Assembly (NCBI GenBank): GCA_024679065.1
Contig: JAGIQG010000019.1
Span: 38,998,001-39,062,000 of the forward strand
DNA: 64,000 nt
DNA from: Sphyrna mokarran
Lineage: Eukaryota
Direction of reading: 5' to 3'
Shown: piece after piece, positions 22,750 to 35,189 of the stretch
Numbering within the stretch: position 1 is the stretch's first letter
Layout: the number at the start of each line of letters is the position of its first letter
Translations under genes and position numbers: made by a program
The notes under the pieces: model-generated
Database searches by the model: none
The model's input: the letters and a program-made list of their open reading frames with translations, nothing else
What the model was told of the DNA's origin: nothing

Positions 22750-23879
22750 ATGCATGCACTTCAGCTGTCCTTAGGAAACTCAGCCTGCAGTAGGGTGTGA
22801 AAACAGTCATAGAGCAGGAAGTACAACTGCAGCTCAATACAAATAGACCTGTACGTGTGATGTAACAATAACCTAAAACATATTCTTGGCAAAAAATAAT
22901 TCTCTTCCACATTAAGGAACTCTCCTCCCAGCACTTTCCAATACACAGCTCACTTGATGAAACACTATTCTCAAGAGCCAAGAAAAAGATAATACAGCAC
23001 TGTAGATACATCAGAATTAGCTGTGGAGAAATTTTATCAGAGGTCGCCTGAAGCTGCTTTTACATTGGCATCTCATCAAGTTCAGATTCTGGGAGTCCAT
23101 TAAGCCTGTTTACATGGCAAGATCCAAGTCCTTCATTCTTTCTGGCTGTAGAATGGTTCATTTCTTTTCCTGCGGGTTCCTGTCATCCCACTGCCAAACA
23201 GACAGCTGATTTATCCAGGTAAAATTTGTGCGGTTGCTAGTCTCCCAGAATTCAAACTAAAACAGCAGAATACAAAAGCTGCTTTGGAACAAGTGACCCA
23301 ACAGGTTACTTTATTGAAATTTAATGCAACAGATCAATAGGAGATGGAACAGCAGATAGTTTCCAAAAATAGACTTAATGAGGTCTGAAAGCTCTAAATA
23401 ATCTAATGCCGCTCAATTGTAGCACTTTGTCATTCACCAAAATTGATCAGTGGACAGAATAGAAAGTGTGCAACAAAAGATTTAAAGAGCTGGAAACTAC
23501 TCTTTGTAATTTATTTAATGGGTGGCAAATTGGAAATAACTTTTGGCAACTATTTTAGAATTGAGTGCTGAAAGTACACTGTTAAAAGTTGCTTTTAGGC
23601 TGATCTCGTATTTAATTCCAATTCTGGGACATGTACAAAAACTGCATTCCACTGGAATGCAGCTACTGGAAATGTGACATAAAAGAAAAAAAAATGTTGG
23701 CCATTCCCCAGCAGGACTTGGTGACAGTTCCGTAGATGAAAAATCAGAATGTCAGTTTGTGCACAGATTAGTGCTGAAACTCTCAAGCTGTGGTCTCCTA
23801 CTCACTGTTACGATACAGACCACATTGTAAATATCCCGAAACCAGCAATAATTGAAATCAGGGAATGTTTCAACGTACA

Positions 23880-24178
23880 ACGTCAGCGTGCTGGGTTCAA
23901 TTCCCGGCTTGCGTCAGTGTCTGTGTGGACTTTGCACGTTCTTCCCGTGTTTGCGTGAGTTTCCTTTGGGTGCTCCAGTTTCCTTCCACACTCCAAAGAT
24001 GTGCTGGTTAGGTTGATTGGCCATGCTAAATTGCCCCTTAATGTCCCGGGATGCGTAGGTTAGAGGGATTAGCAGGGTAAATATGTGGAATTACGGGGAA
24101 AGAGCATGGGCAAGATTGTGGTTGGCGCAGACACTCTGAGCCAAATGGCCTCTTTCTATATTGTGGGGTTTCTATGAT
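23880..24178 (+). mobile_element. HE1-type V-SINE (5' truncated)
   Basis: B-box gggttcaattccc, V-domain, and tail ccaaatggcctctttctatattgtggggtttctatga. Confidence 0.88.
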
Positions 24179-24816
24179 GATTATGTTTCCTATGATGATT
24201 ATATCACTGTTCTCTTCAATCAGGTAATAACTAGGTTTTAAGTGGCAATGTGATTAAAATTTGGCAATTAGCAGAAACTGACCTGGAGAAAACATGTAAT
24301 TGTGGAGTGTCTTTAATAATTAATTGCTAGATTTTTTTTAAGCTACATTTTAAAAATAATTTTCTTTGAAGAACATTTTATCTCCTACCTTTATCCCATA
24401 GGTCCCAAACTCTAATTTGCTTTTTATGAAAATCTCTAAAAGTAATTATGTTTTTTACTTTTTATTCTTATTTGAGCCGTGAAAATGTGATTGGCTGATT
24501 GGACAGCCTGCTAAGATCACTCCTGTTCCACGCTGGGAATCCTCAATATGGAACTCTTGAATCATTTGCAATTTAGTTTGGTGACACAAGCAAACCGCCA
24601 GAGACATCTTTCAATAAGGCTTAGTTTAAGATCAACAGGGAGCTCCCTTTCTCTGTTGCTGACTGCAAACTCCAGGCCCATTTCCATTTCTGTTTTCTAA
24701 CACAAACGTCAAATAAGACTGGAACTTTAAGGCTGCAGAAGTGGACTGGCAGCTGGCAAGCTGAATTTGAAGCAGCTGCTAGAGGCGTATCAGAAGCCAG
24801 TGGTATCAGCACTGTC

Positions 24817-25050
24817 AAGGTGACCAACCGTTGCAGGTTTTCTGGGACTATCCTGGAATTTGGTTTTCCATCCAGCATCCTGGATCTGCTCCAGATTTCT
24901 TGTGTCTCCATCCCTGCCCTGTACCAGAATCTGTCAGCTTTGGCAGGTAGGTGCTTTGGATTGAGGGCCAGAGCGTGTCCAGGGTGATGGCCCCGATTGT
25001 CAGCAGCAGCCTCATGCCCGATTTGTTGCGGGTAATGGTTTCAAAGCTAG
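24817..25050. mobile_element. Possible hAT-type MITE relic
   Basis: Starts caaggtgaccaaccgt...ttttctgggac, resembling (T/C)AGGGTGACCA hAT termini. GC-rich. The right terminus is poor. Confidence 0.3.
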
Positions 25051-26111
25051 GTCAGGCGGCAAAGGCCAGAGTTCTGGATGAAAACTGTATTACCTCCACC
25101 TCCCCCCACAGTAACATCTGTATATCCAGAAACGTTATCTCTTTAAAGCAAAGGATAAAATTACAGCCCAGAAAGAGGCTGTTCCACTCAAATAGCCTAA
25201 CATGTGGACGTACTTACCTATTCTTAAATGTTTGAAGAGATCTCGATTTCAAACATTAACTTTGGTGATAAATTTCGCAGCCTTATAACCATTCTCTTGC
25301 TCCTTGCCCAAAATTAGGATGTATTAATGATACAAAAACAAGCCATTTGACAAGCTGTCCTTTATGCTCCATTATCTCTTCATCCAGTGTTCTCAAACAG
25401 TTTTGATTCATGGAATTGAAGGACATTTCAAATGACAACCCGCCCACCCCACCATGCCCCACCTAAATTACACTGCAGAATACTAAATAAGAATACTGCA
25501 TGCAAGGAATGTTGAACAATTCTTTTAAGAAAACAGTTAATTACTTCCAGCTATCAGTGATTCTATTTCCTTTTTACACTACGGAGATTAGAATTGTTCA
25601 TTGTACATCACTTCTTATAAATATCACATTTTGTATATTTATGTTTGGTTGTGGATAAAGTATTTTTATGGTTCATATAATGGCAAAATATTCTCACCAT
25701 ATATCCTGTAACAACAGTATTTTTAAGTGCGCTTAAATCAAAACAGTTCCATGTATTATACTCTTCATTATTTTAGTGTTGGGAAATTTGCCTTTGCAAC
25801 TGATATCTCACATTCTCTTTACAGATTATGCCCGAAGCATCCAGCCTCTGTATTCATTCAAGTTCAATTTTAAGTACCAACCACAGTAGCTACAAAAGAC
25901 AACTTTCGCGGCAACGATTAGCTTGCCACTGAACCATAGCATCAGCATGGTCGTCCAACATTCAATCTTCAGTAAATTCTGAGTTAGATCTTCTTAACCA
26001 AGGCAGCCTAGGCTGGAACATGCTACTACCCAGTAAAGCCACCTTATCCTATGTGGCATCCTTACACTTTGCCTAGCTGTGTAGGAACACATGATTGTAT
26101 AGAAATTTAAG

Positions 26112-26785
26112 TGATTGCTCCAGTTGAGTTTCTGGTCAATGGTAACCTCCAAGATGTTAGTGGTGAAGGATGGGGAAAAAAATTACAGCTACTTGAGCAG
26201 GTCAAACTTTGGGTATTCTATAGTAGTGGCTCACCTCCTGACTTCCCAACGACTTGTCACTACCTACAAGGCAAAATCCAGGAGTGTAATGGAATTTTCT
26301 CCACTTGCCTTCACGTGTGAATCTCCAATAACACGCAAGAGGTTTAAACTTATCCAGGACAAAGCAGTCCACTTGAAATGTATCCACATAAATATCCTCC
26401 TTCACCATCAGCATACCGTGGTTGCACTGTGTATTAATGACAGATTAAATTGCAATAGGTCGCCGAGCTTTCTTCAGCAGCACCTCCCAAACACAAAACT
26501 TTACCATCCAGAAGGGCAATTGAAGGGTACCAAGTGCATCATTTCCAAATTGTATAGCATGTAGACTTAGATTTGGTGTCTCAATTGAACGTTGGTTGCT
26601 ATTTCTTCATTATCACTCGGTCAAAGTTATGGACATCTTTACCTAACACTTTTTTTAATGAGAGTACTTTCACCACACAGACCACAGCAATTCAAGAAAA
26701 AGATCCACCACCACTTTGTCAAGATCAACCATTGAAAGATAAAAATATCAGCTTTGCCATTGATGCCTGTATCTCATGAATAAAT
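26112..26785 (+). mobile_element. CR1-group LINE 3' fragment with a short 5' inverted segment
   Basis: Explains ORF 26115..26564 (VAHLLTSQRLVTTYKAKSRSVMEFSPLAF...IQDKAVHL). Ends gatgcctgtatctcatgaataaat. Confidence 0.8.
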
Positions 26786-27538
26786 AGATATTTAAAAAAG
26801 GATCCTGCTCATTTTGTAACATCATGCACCCTACAAATAATTTTGTTACAAACTGCAGTGTTATATGCTTCACTTTAAGTGTGGCAGTTGATGCAAAATA
26901 GGAACTGATGATGCTTGTCCTAAACGTTATCTTTGAACAACACAATTTCAGAAATACAACACCAGTCTTCATACAAAGCTGTACGTTGAGACTGTTCAAG
27001 CTTGCGTCCAAAATAACAAGGCCATGCCCCCTCCTCCTGTTTTGTCCAGCAGACAGTCATTAATTCTGGGATGTCCCCATGTTCTTGAATTAAAAGGAAA
27101 ATACATCCCAGAAGCATTCTCACCAACATTCAGTTGTGAATGCTGAACAACTCAGTTTTAATGGGTAGACCATAACAAACTACTGGATCACAAGTGACAA
27201 AGTTAAATGAACATTACCCACCTTGTCAAAGATGTCGCTGAGCTTGTGTTAACACCTATGAATTACTGCTGTCATATGGCTTTGCTAAAATAATATTTAC
27301 ATTTGACTTTATGCTGACACCTCCAACTGAGGTCAAAAAAGACATCTGACAGAATGCACTCCTAAACATAAATCAACAGCAAAGGGGCATCCAAAGTTGG
27401 TTTACTGTGAATGCGACAAAATCCAAATGAACTGTCTAATAAAAACCAATGAAAAACGCGAAATTTCCAAATTCTGTACCTGTATGCAAAGTGTTTAAAA
27501 GTTTTGTATGTATCTGCCGTGCGCTAACACATTCTTAC

Positions 27539-27758
27539 CTGAAGGAGGGGGCGTTGCACACCCAATACTTTCATGGTATCAGCACTGGCCAACACTTTCA
27601 AAGGATCGGCAACCTTGGTTGCAGCCTCAATTTCCTTGTTGACATCAAGGTGAACCTGATTTAGGAAGAAGTTCTTGATGTACATAGTAAGGAATTCTCG
27701 CAATGGGCACTGCTTGTTGGAGCCAGTCCACATGGCGACTTCAATCTCCTGAATGAAC
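27539..27758 (-). CDS. EXOC4: Internal coding exon of exocyst complex component 4 (Sec8), probably equivalent to mammalian exon 11
   Basis: The minus strand reads ...ttggttcttttag|GTTCATTCAGGAG...CTCCTTCAG|gtaaga, giving a canonical acceptor, a canonical donor and 220 nt. Translation (R)[73 protein letters not shown] matches recalled human EXOC4 [74 protein letters not shown]. Confidence 0.96.
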
Positions 27759-28049
27759 CTAAAAGAACCAAAAGAAATACTTAGAATTCACTGAACAGTT
27801 CAGGCAGAACACTATACTAGGAGAACGGTATATGCTCAGTGATTATAATGTAAATATCTATAACAAAGTATTCTTACAGTTGAAAGCCAACTCTTTAATT
27901 TGACAGGCTGATTTAACCCCTTAAACAGGAAAACCAATTTTCCTTTCTGTAGACCAATGTTCATACCACCTCTCCCAATAAGAGATACTTCATTACAAAA
28001 CGTGGTCTGACTCATTTCTTAGGTTACATGTTGGCAATTGATACAAAAT

Positions 28050-28445
28050 GATGGCACAGCAGCTATCACTGCTGCCTCATAATGCCAGAGACCCAAGTTC
28101 AATTCCCAGCTTGGGTCATGGTCTCTATAGTTTGCACATTCTCCCCATGTCTGCATGGGCTTCATCCAGGTGCTCCAGTTTCCTCCGAAAGGCATGCTAG
28201 TTAGGTCTACAGCTTTGACAAAGAGTCTTCTGGATTGAAAACATCAGCTCTTTTCTCTCCTTACAGATGCTACCAGACCTGGAGAGACTTTCCAGCATTT
28301 TCTCTTTTGGATGCTAGTTAGTGCATTGGCCATGCCAAATTCTCCCTCAGTATACTGGTGAAAGCACTGGAGTGTGGTGATTAAGGCATTTTCACAGTAA
28401 CTTCATTGCAGTGCTTATGCAAGACTACTTGTGACACTATAAGTA
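28050..28445 (+). mobile_element. V-SINE with Rex1-like tail, interrupted by a Penelope terminal repeat
   Basis: Head atggcacag..cactgctgcctcataatgccagagacccaagttcaattccc. Tail ttttcacagtaacttcattgcagtg...tacttgtgacacta. Confidence 0.85.
28208..28310 (+). mobile_element. Penelope-like solo terminal repeat
   Basis: agctttgacaaagagtcttctggattgaaaacatcagctcttttctctccttacagatgc...ttccagcattttctcttttgg. Near-identical to 22668-22749. Confidence 0.75.
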
Positions 28446-30742
28446 AAACTTAAAAAAAACTTTAAACTTTCAATTGATCCAAAGGTTGGATGGCAGGAGG
28501 GTGTAACAGCAATGTTGATCAATACTACCATAACCCCGTTAAATATTTTTTTTTATTTGAAAAAAAAATCAATCGTTCTGAGTGAATATGTTTACTTTTA
28601 AGATTGCTTTTGTGTTTGAGTTTCCTTTCCACATTTTCCCCAGTGATCCTTGACTGAAGGCTTCAACTTCCAGTAAGGGAGACCCGGTTCAATAGCTAGA
28701 AGTAGGAACTCTGCTCGATTTCCCTTTCAACAAGGCAGAGCAGCTGCGGCAATTATAGCATCCATAAATGTTTCCGCAGCCAAGATCAGTTAGCTCAGCA
28801 TGGACCAGGAAACATGCCTGGGTCAAAGGTAGTTCTTTTACATTTGAATGACTAGTGGGAAGCCATTCATATTTCTACAGACTCACGGTGATGCTGTAAT
28901 ATTGGTAGCATAAAGAGGCAAGGCACAAATTTGACCCACTATTTTGTTCCTGGTCTTTGAAAAACCACCAAGTGGTTCGGGGAACTTTGGAAGGAGTATT
29001 GTTCAGCACTGTTTTTTTCCTAACGTCCAGTGGTCTGTTCCCAGGTGTTCACTGGGCTAAATCCGAGTTATTGCTAGTTGTAAAAGTACTCTCAGCAGAA
29101 AATAAAAATATCTGTGACATATTTATAACTTACAAAACTCAGGAAATGTAATCTTCTGCTCAACCAGCTGGCCAAGCACAACTCATCAAAAGCTGAATTA
29201 AAGCACTAAACTGTTGGCCGCATAGTTAACATTGCCACCTAAGTTACAAAATCTGTCACTGGCATGGTTTATTATTTGTAAATTATTGATACGTGATAGT
29301 TATTCTATTGGAATATGCCCTGGGTACATCATTTGCAGAGGGATGGATGGAAAAATGTGGAGGGAGACCCCATCTTGTGCAGTATGATTTGGATATAGCA
29401 CAGAACAGACAGGGGGCTGCAACAGGAGGCAAGTTGCCTAAACTGTCTAAGGATGATTGTGTCTGTAGCTTTTGGTGAAAGTTTTATGTGATTTATATTC
29501 AAAATAACAGAGTTGAAGGAATTGTTTCAGAGTAAAATCGTATCTCCCACTTTCTGCAATTGGTGCACAGAGAAGGTGCAATGTATATTTAAGAGGTAAT
29601 AGTGTGCTATTATGACTTGAGTCTCACTCTGTCACCTCCTTCAAACTCCTTCCAAGGACAATATCTCCCCTTCCCAAGCATTTGAATTAACATTCAAGCA
29701 ACTATAGTATGCAGAGTATGGTGGTTCAAAAGGACTACAGTATGTTGAAAGTGAATTCACTTAAACATTCAGTGAACATCGAGGTGATGAATCACTGGAT
29801 GGCAATATAAAGAATCCTAACTGACAAAAGATTGTGAACAGCAAAACTGAAGTAATTAGATCACATAAAGATTATCTAAAAAAATACAGTACACTAAATA
29901 ATAGCTGGAGAAGCAAGCAGAAGGAAAATGACCGTGAAGTTTAACGGCCTCCGTGGCCAGTTTGTTTGGCATGAAGGAAAGATGAAGTTGTTAAGAAAAC
30001 ACAAAGGATCTTGAAAAACGTAACAAGAAAAAGCAGAAAGCAGGGTATCCCCCAAACACTTGGATTAAAAAGGAAAATTTAAGACCATCATTGACCAGGA
30101 CACAGTTCAATAAAGCTGTTACTATCTTTGTGCAGTTAATTTAGGAAAGTGCGACTTACTAATAGTTTGCTTAATTGCTAATAGCTCATTTTAACTTCAG
30201 CTGTAGCATTCAGGTTGTAGTGGTACAATCAATACATAGTGAAGTGGATCCTTGTATATACAAAGACAGTCATAAAATAGAGAAAATGATAAATATTCCT
30301 TGTCACCCACACATACCCAATCTCACTGCTGCATCACATTATAATTACTTCTTTTATTTAGGAGCATTTTAACACTGGAAGTGACTCAATATTATGGGAC
30401 ATAATGACACAACTTACTGTGTAGCTCAGACTTATATAGTCTCAAACAAATTTTCTTCAGGTTACAGACATGTTCAAAAAGTGTTAATTGAAAATGAACT
30501 GATTAATAAGCTACACTGCAGTAATAAATTATGAGTGCATTCTCTGAACAAAAATTGTCAACTCTTTACTTTCTTAAGTAGTGATTTTGTTAATTGAATT
30601 GTCCACTTCAGAAAATCCCTGCAAATTGCAGGTAACTCTAGATTCCTGTTTAAAAGATTTTCATTCTGTCCTCACCACATCCTCTCACATTATCCACTGG
30701 CTGAAGAGGAAAAAAAAACACAATCTCAATTGCCAGATCTGG

Positions 30743-31443
30743 GGTGAGAGTGACTGCACTTGACTTCAAGCTTCATGTGACACAGTGTGGCATCAAAAAA
30801 AAACTGGAGTCAATGGGAATTAGGAGGAAAATGCTTCACTGGTTGGACTCACACACAACACAACGCAAGATGGTTGTGGTTGTTGGAGATCATTCATCTC
30901 AGTTCCAGGATTTCACTGCAGGACTTTCTTGGGGTAGTGTTCGAGGCCCACATATTCTTCAGATGCGTCAATGACTTTCCATCATAAGGTCAGGAGTGGG
31001 AATGTTCACTTAAGCACCATTTGCGACTCCTCAGATATTGAAGATACAGTCGATGTTCAAATACAGCAAGACCTGGACAACATTCAGGCTTGGACTGATA
31101 AGTGACAGATAACATTGCACTATACAAGTGCAGCTCATACAAACCTCAAGAAGCCTGCCTGATTGACATTCCACCTGCCAATGTACACCCTCCACCACCA
31201 ACGCACGACTAGCAGCAGTGTGTACCATTTATAAGATGCACTGCAGGAACTCACAAAGGTTCCTCAGACAACTTTTCAAACCTACAAGAACAGATCAGAG
31301 ACTAGAAATCCTGTGATGAGTAACTCACCTTTTGATTCCCCAAAGCCTGTCCAAAATCTACAATGCACAAGTCAGGAGTGTGATGCAATACTCGCCCCTT
31401 GCCTGGATGAGTGCATCTCGAAAAGCACTCCAGAATCTTGATA
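30743..31443 (+). mobile_element. CR1-group LINE RT fragment, internally rearranged
   Basis: RVTALD..., KLESMGIRRKMLHWLDS..TQRKMVVVVGD.SSQ.QD.TAG..GSV.GP, then ..VNDFPS: decayed RT motifs. Confidence 0.85.
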
Positions 31444-32045
31444 TGTTTTTATAAACAAACTAATATCAAAAGGAATTAAACAAAGTAAGCAATAGTATGC
31501 CATGAACTCAGTTCTATCTTTTACTTCCCCAAGGTCTCCTTATACATTACAACAATCTTAAAAGTTCATTCACTTTTAGGGTCAAGTACAGCTCTCTGGA
31601 ATTTACTTGAATTCTCTTCAATGATCCAGCTATCTCAGGCAACATTCTGTGGAAGTCCTTCCGTTAGCTTTTTGGAGACATGATCTTTTCTTAAAGACCT
31701 CAAGAGTATGGATGCCTCAGCTCCTGGTTTGGGTTGATGACAGATACCCAACTTCTCACATAGCTTACATAGTGAACTTTACTGACTGTTTTGTGCCACA
31801 CTGAAGACCACTGTAGATGACTAGCTGCAAGCTCAAGCAAATTGTCCAGCAACTTTTTCTTTATCAAACCCATACTGAACTGCCTGTTTCTGTTAGCAAA
31901 TAAACAGATAAATTAAACCGAAGAACATTCTAATCAAGGCCAATATCTAAACCACTTTCTTCATGGCAATGTGTCATGGTGTTGGGATGCTTATAACAGA
32001 ACGGTCTGAACAGAAACACAAATTAATTTCCTTCAGCACAACTCT

Positions 32046-32175
32046 TTAGCTCTGAAAAGTCATACAGACTCAAAGTATAAACATTACTTCTCTCTCCACA
32101 GATGCTGCCAGACCTTTTCAGCATTTTCTGTTTTTTTTTCAGATTTCCAGTATCTGCAGTATTGTACTTTCATTA
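32046..32175 (+). mobile_element. Penelope-like terminal repeat
   Basis: agctctgaaaagtcatacagactcaaa...tctctccacagatgctgccagacc...ttcagatttccagtatctgcagt. Confidence 0.7.
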
Positions 32176-32844
32176 TTGCTCAAATGAATTGATATTGCTC
32201 ACACAATTTTACCACCCATTCTTCAGACTCCCTGACTCTATGTACTACAGGCTTATAGATGGATGATTCATTGTTTAAGTTGTTTCCTATGAATTCTGAC
32301 CTTGCAAGATAAACTCAGGCTACCTTTCAAGTGTAATAGCCCAAGCTTTTTTGAGTTGCATTTACATCAGAATTGTTTTTAACCAGTTTCTTAACCCGAT
32401 GTCCACTTAGCTTACTTCTAACACTTTAATCCACAACCTAAAAGATATATTCTTGAAATTAAAAGTTATATTGCAAAGTAAATAAAGCATAACAATATGG
32501 GTACAATAGTGCTGTGCATTGGCAATAACAGCTTCCGATAGTTGGCAGAATCTTATGGACTTAAACTATTCTCACCTGATGTCTAGTTGTGCACTTTCCA
32601 GCAAGGATCAATGAACGCTGGACAACAGCAGCGGCCATGGCTGGCTTTTCCCCAACATAGACAGAGGACCAAGATCAAATGCAGCAACCCAACATGCTGA
32701 ATTGATTAGCTTCAGCCATTCAAAATGTGCATGCAGCTGAAGAATTTTATACATTAAAATATTTTTAGTCTGAGCACAACAAATTGAAGGAAGAATCAGT
32801 GAATATACAATTAAAATGTTAACTACATTCATCATTTTTCCTGT

Positions 32845-33203
32845 AGCATGGGAGACTTACGGATGATCTTATATAGTTTGATAAAATAATGAGGGCCATA
32901 GATCAGGTAGTCAATTTGTTTTCAAAGATTCAAGAGTCAAAAACTAAGGGGCATAGGTTTAAGGTGAGAGAGGAGAGGTATAAAAGGGTGCAGAAGTGGT
33001 GAATGTCTGGAACGAGCTGCCAAAGGTAGTAATAGGGGCGGGTATAATTTCGTACTTTAAAAAGCATTTAGACAGCAACTTGGGTAAGATGAGTCTAGAG
33101 GGACATGGGCCAAAGACAAGCAACTGGGATTAGCTTAATGGTAAAATTTGGGAGGCATGACAAGTTGGGCTGAAGGGCCTGTTTCTATGCTGCAAACTCT
33201 GAC
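32845..33203 (+). mobile_element. CR1 LINE 3' end
   Basis: ataaaataatgagggccatagat...ggggcataggtttaaggtgaga...gggctgaagggcctgtttctatgctg. Confidence 0.85.
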
Positions 33204-34244
33204 TGACCATTCTTTTGGAAACAAGTGATCTGAAGTTTTAGTACAGCCTTATAAACTATAGTCCTATCTAAATCATCAAGATTTAGCCAGGGTGTGTGCT
33301 GTATTCACGGCATGTGCTGTATCTTGCTCTTTACTGGCTGATTTAAGAATGGCACGAGCAAACAATTAGTTCAGTTTTATGCAGAGCATATTATGGGATT
33401 CTGGTGGTAAAGTAACATAAATATTAGTTTCTAACTTCTGAAACTGTAGGGAATTTGTTATTACATTTAATGTATAGTCATTCTTACATGTGAATGCCAA
33501 AGGCATAATCATTATAAATGAATGGTTCCCAGCAGTTGAAAACTCTGAAGTCTTTCATCAACTGAGTACGAGCATTTCAATCCCAAGTGGCCCAAGCCTT
33601 CCATTTGAACTTATGAATTTTTATGCGTGCCTCAACTTGCTTGGTTAAACTTTCAGTTTAGAGTTTTTACATCATTAGGCATTATTTCTGTTTCCTTAAA
33701 TGTTCAGATTGTAACAATTTTTTGCATTAGTCGTGGAATTAGGTTGCTGCTAACCACACGACCTATTATACCATAAATAGCGTGGGTCAATCATAAGGCA
33801 AATCAGAAGGCTAACAGGCCTGTGCTAAGTTTCTGAATGGAAAACAAAGGCATGCACAGTCTATTAGACAATTTGAAAATGTATGTTTCACACACTTAGA
33901 GAGGGTTTTGTACTTAAAATTTGAAACTACGAGCATTCTGCAAATATACAGTATTCTTTAGGAGATCACTCCTGAGTATGTTAGCAAACGGAACTGAAGC
34001 TGTACTGGCTGATGTTATACATTGTATTAAGGCAGATAGGGATATTGTAGATATCTGAGCCAATAATCCTGTGACCTTTTGTTTAAGGTTATGTGAATCA
34101 TAGGTAGGCTCTTACTATTATTTATTGTACCAATTTATTGCACATGATTAAAGGGACAATTATAGCATACAACATATATCTCCATAATGTAACGTTAGCA
34201 ATAAACTAGATAACCTTTTCCATATTTATGGATGTGTAAAGAGA

Positions 34245-34630
34245 GAAAGACTTGCACTATGTACCATTCACAACCTCAGAACCTCCCACAACATTTTATA
34301 GCTAATCAAGTACTTTTGAAGTGTAGTCATTGCAAAGTAGGAAACAGAAAAGCAATTTGTGAACAATAACTTCCCACAAATAACAATGTGCTAATGATCA
34401 ATAATCCGTTTTTTGTGATATAAGTTGAGGGACAAATATTGAGGAGGACATCAGGAACAACAATCCTGCTTGTTTTCAAAATGGTGCCATGTGATCTTTT
34501 ACGTTGATCTAGGCTCACAACTAGCACCCTGACAGTGTGGTACTCCCTCAGTCCTGCAGTGGAGCATCCACTTAGATTGGGAAATAAACTCAATCTTCTG
34601 ACTCAGAGGTGGGAGTGCTACATACTGTGC
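34245..34630 (-). mobile_element. DeuSINE (SacSINE1-like), near full length
   Basis: Tail gaaagacttgca..aagtacttttgaagtgtagtca, Deu core gttgagggacaaatatt...gtgccatgtgatcttttacgt...actccctcagt, and head cttctgactcagagg. Confidence 0.8.
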
Positions 34631-34726
34631 ATGTACATGAAGAGACAAGTTATTTATACTTCTCCTCAATTTCTGTGCTTGAAGTCTTTTCTTCTAACTG
34701 TAAACAAAATGTGGCAATGTTGGCCC

Positions 34727-35056
34727 TGGATTGGGGTAGTCACAGTAAAAAATCTCACAATACCAGATTAAAGTCCAAAGAGTTTATTTGATATCATATA
34801 TAGACACAAACTAAATTACAAGATAAATGGTTGGAATGCGAGTCTTAACAAATAATCAAATCTTTACAGGGCAGACAATGCGAGTAGAGAAAAGGATAAG
34901 CAGAGATTAAAGAGGAATTACCTCAAGCTAAGACAGCTGGTGGGATTTTGTAAGCCTAGGCAAGTCACAGGGGTTACAGATTGTGAGACATGAACCTAGG
35001 ATTCTGGTTGAGGCTGTCCTCATGTGTGCGAAACTTCCTCAACTTGGTGTTGTAAA
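34727..35056 (-). mobile_element. Penelope-like element 3' fragment
   Basis: The minus strand encodes KFRTHEDSLNQNPRFMSH*, like the ..T..GLN.. C-terminus of the PLE GIY-YIG domain. Its terminal repeat matches 10340-10400. Confidence 0.7.
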
Positions 35057-35189
35057 CAAATCATATGAAGTAGAGTAACCCATGTTGCACATGGTTGAAA
35101 CAGCAGAGACCCCACGTGGTACCAATACTACACCTGCCACCTGTTGACAGTGACTGAAAAATGAATCTTAAAGGTGAGGTGGGAAGGGG

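Larger units (their letters stand above)
1..27538 (-). other. EXOC4: EXOC4 intron downstream of the exon (more than 27 kb, runs off the window)
   Basis: Begins with GTAAGA at 27538. I could not find the expected next exon (STIIVEKTVQDLL...) by eye. Repeat-rich. Confidence 0.75.

Noticed and set aside
26115-26564. 149-aa ORF
   Set aside because: A decayed LINE ORF2 remnant spanning an inversion junction, not a host gene.
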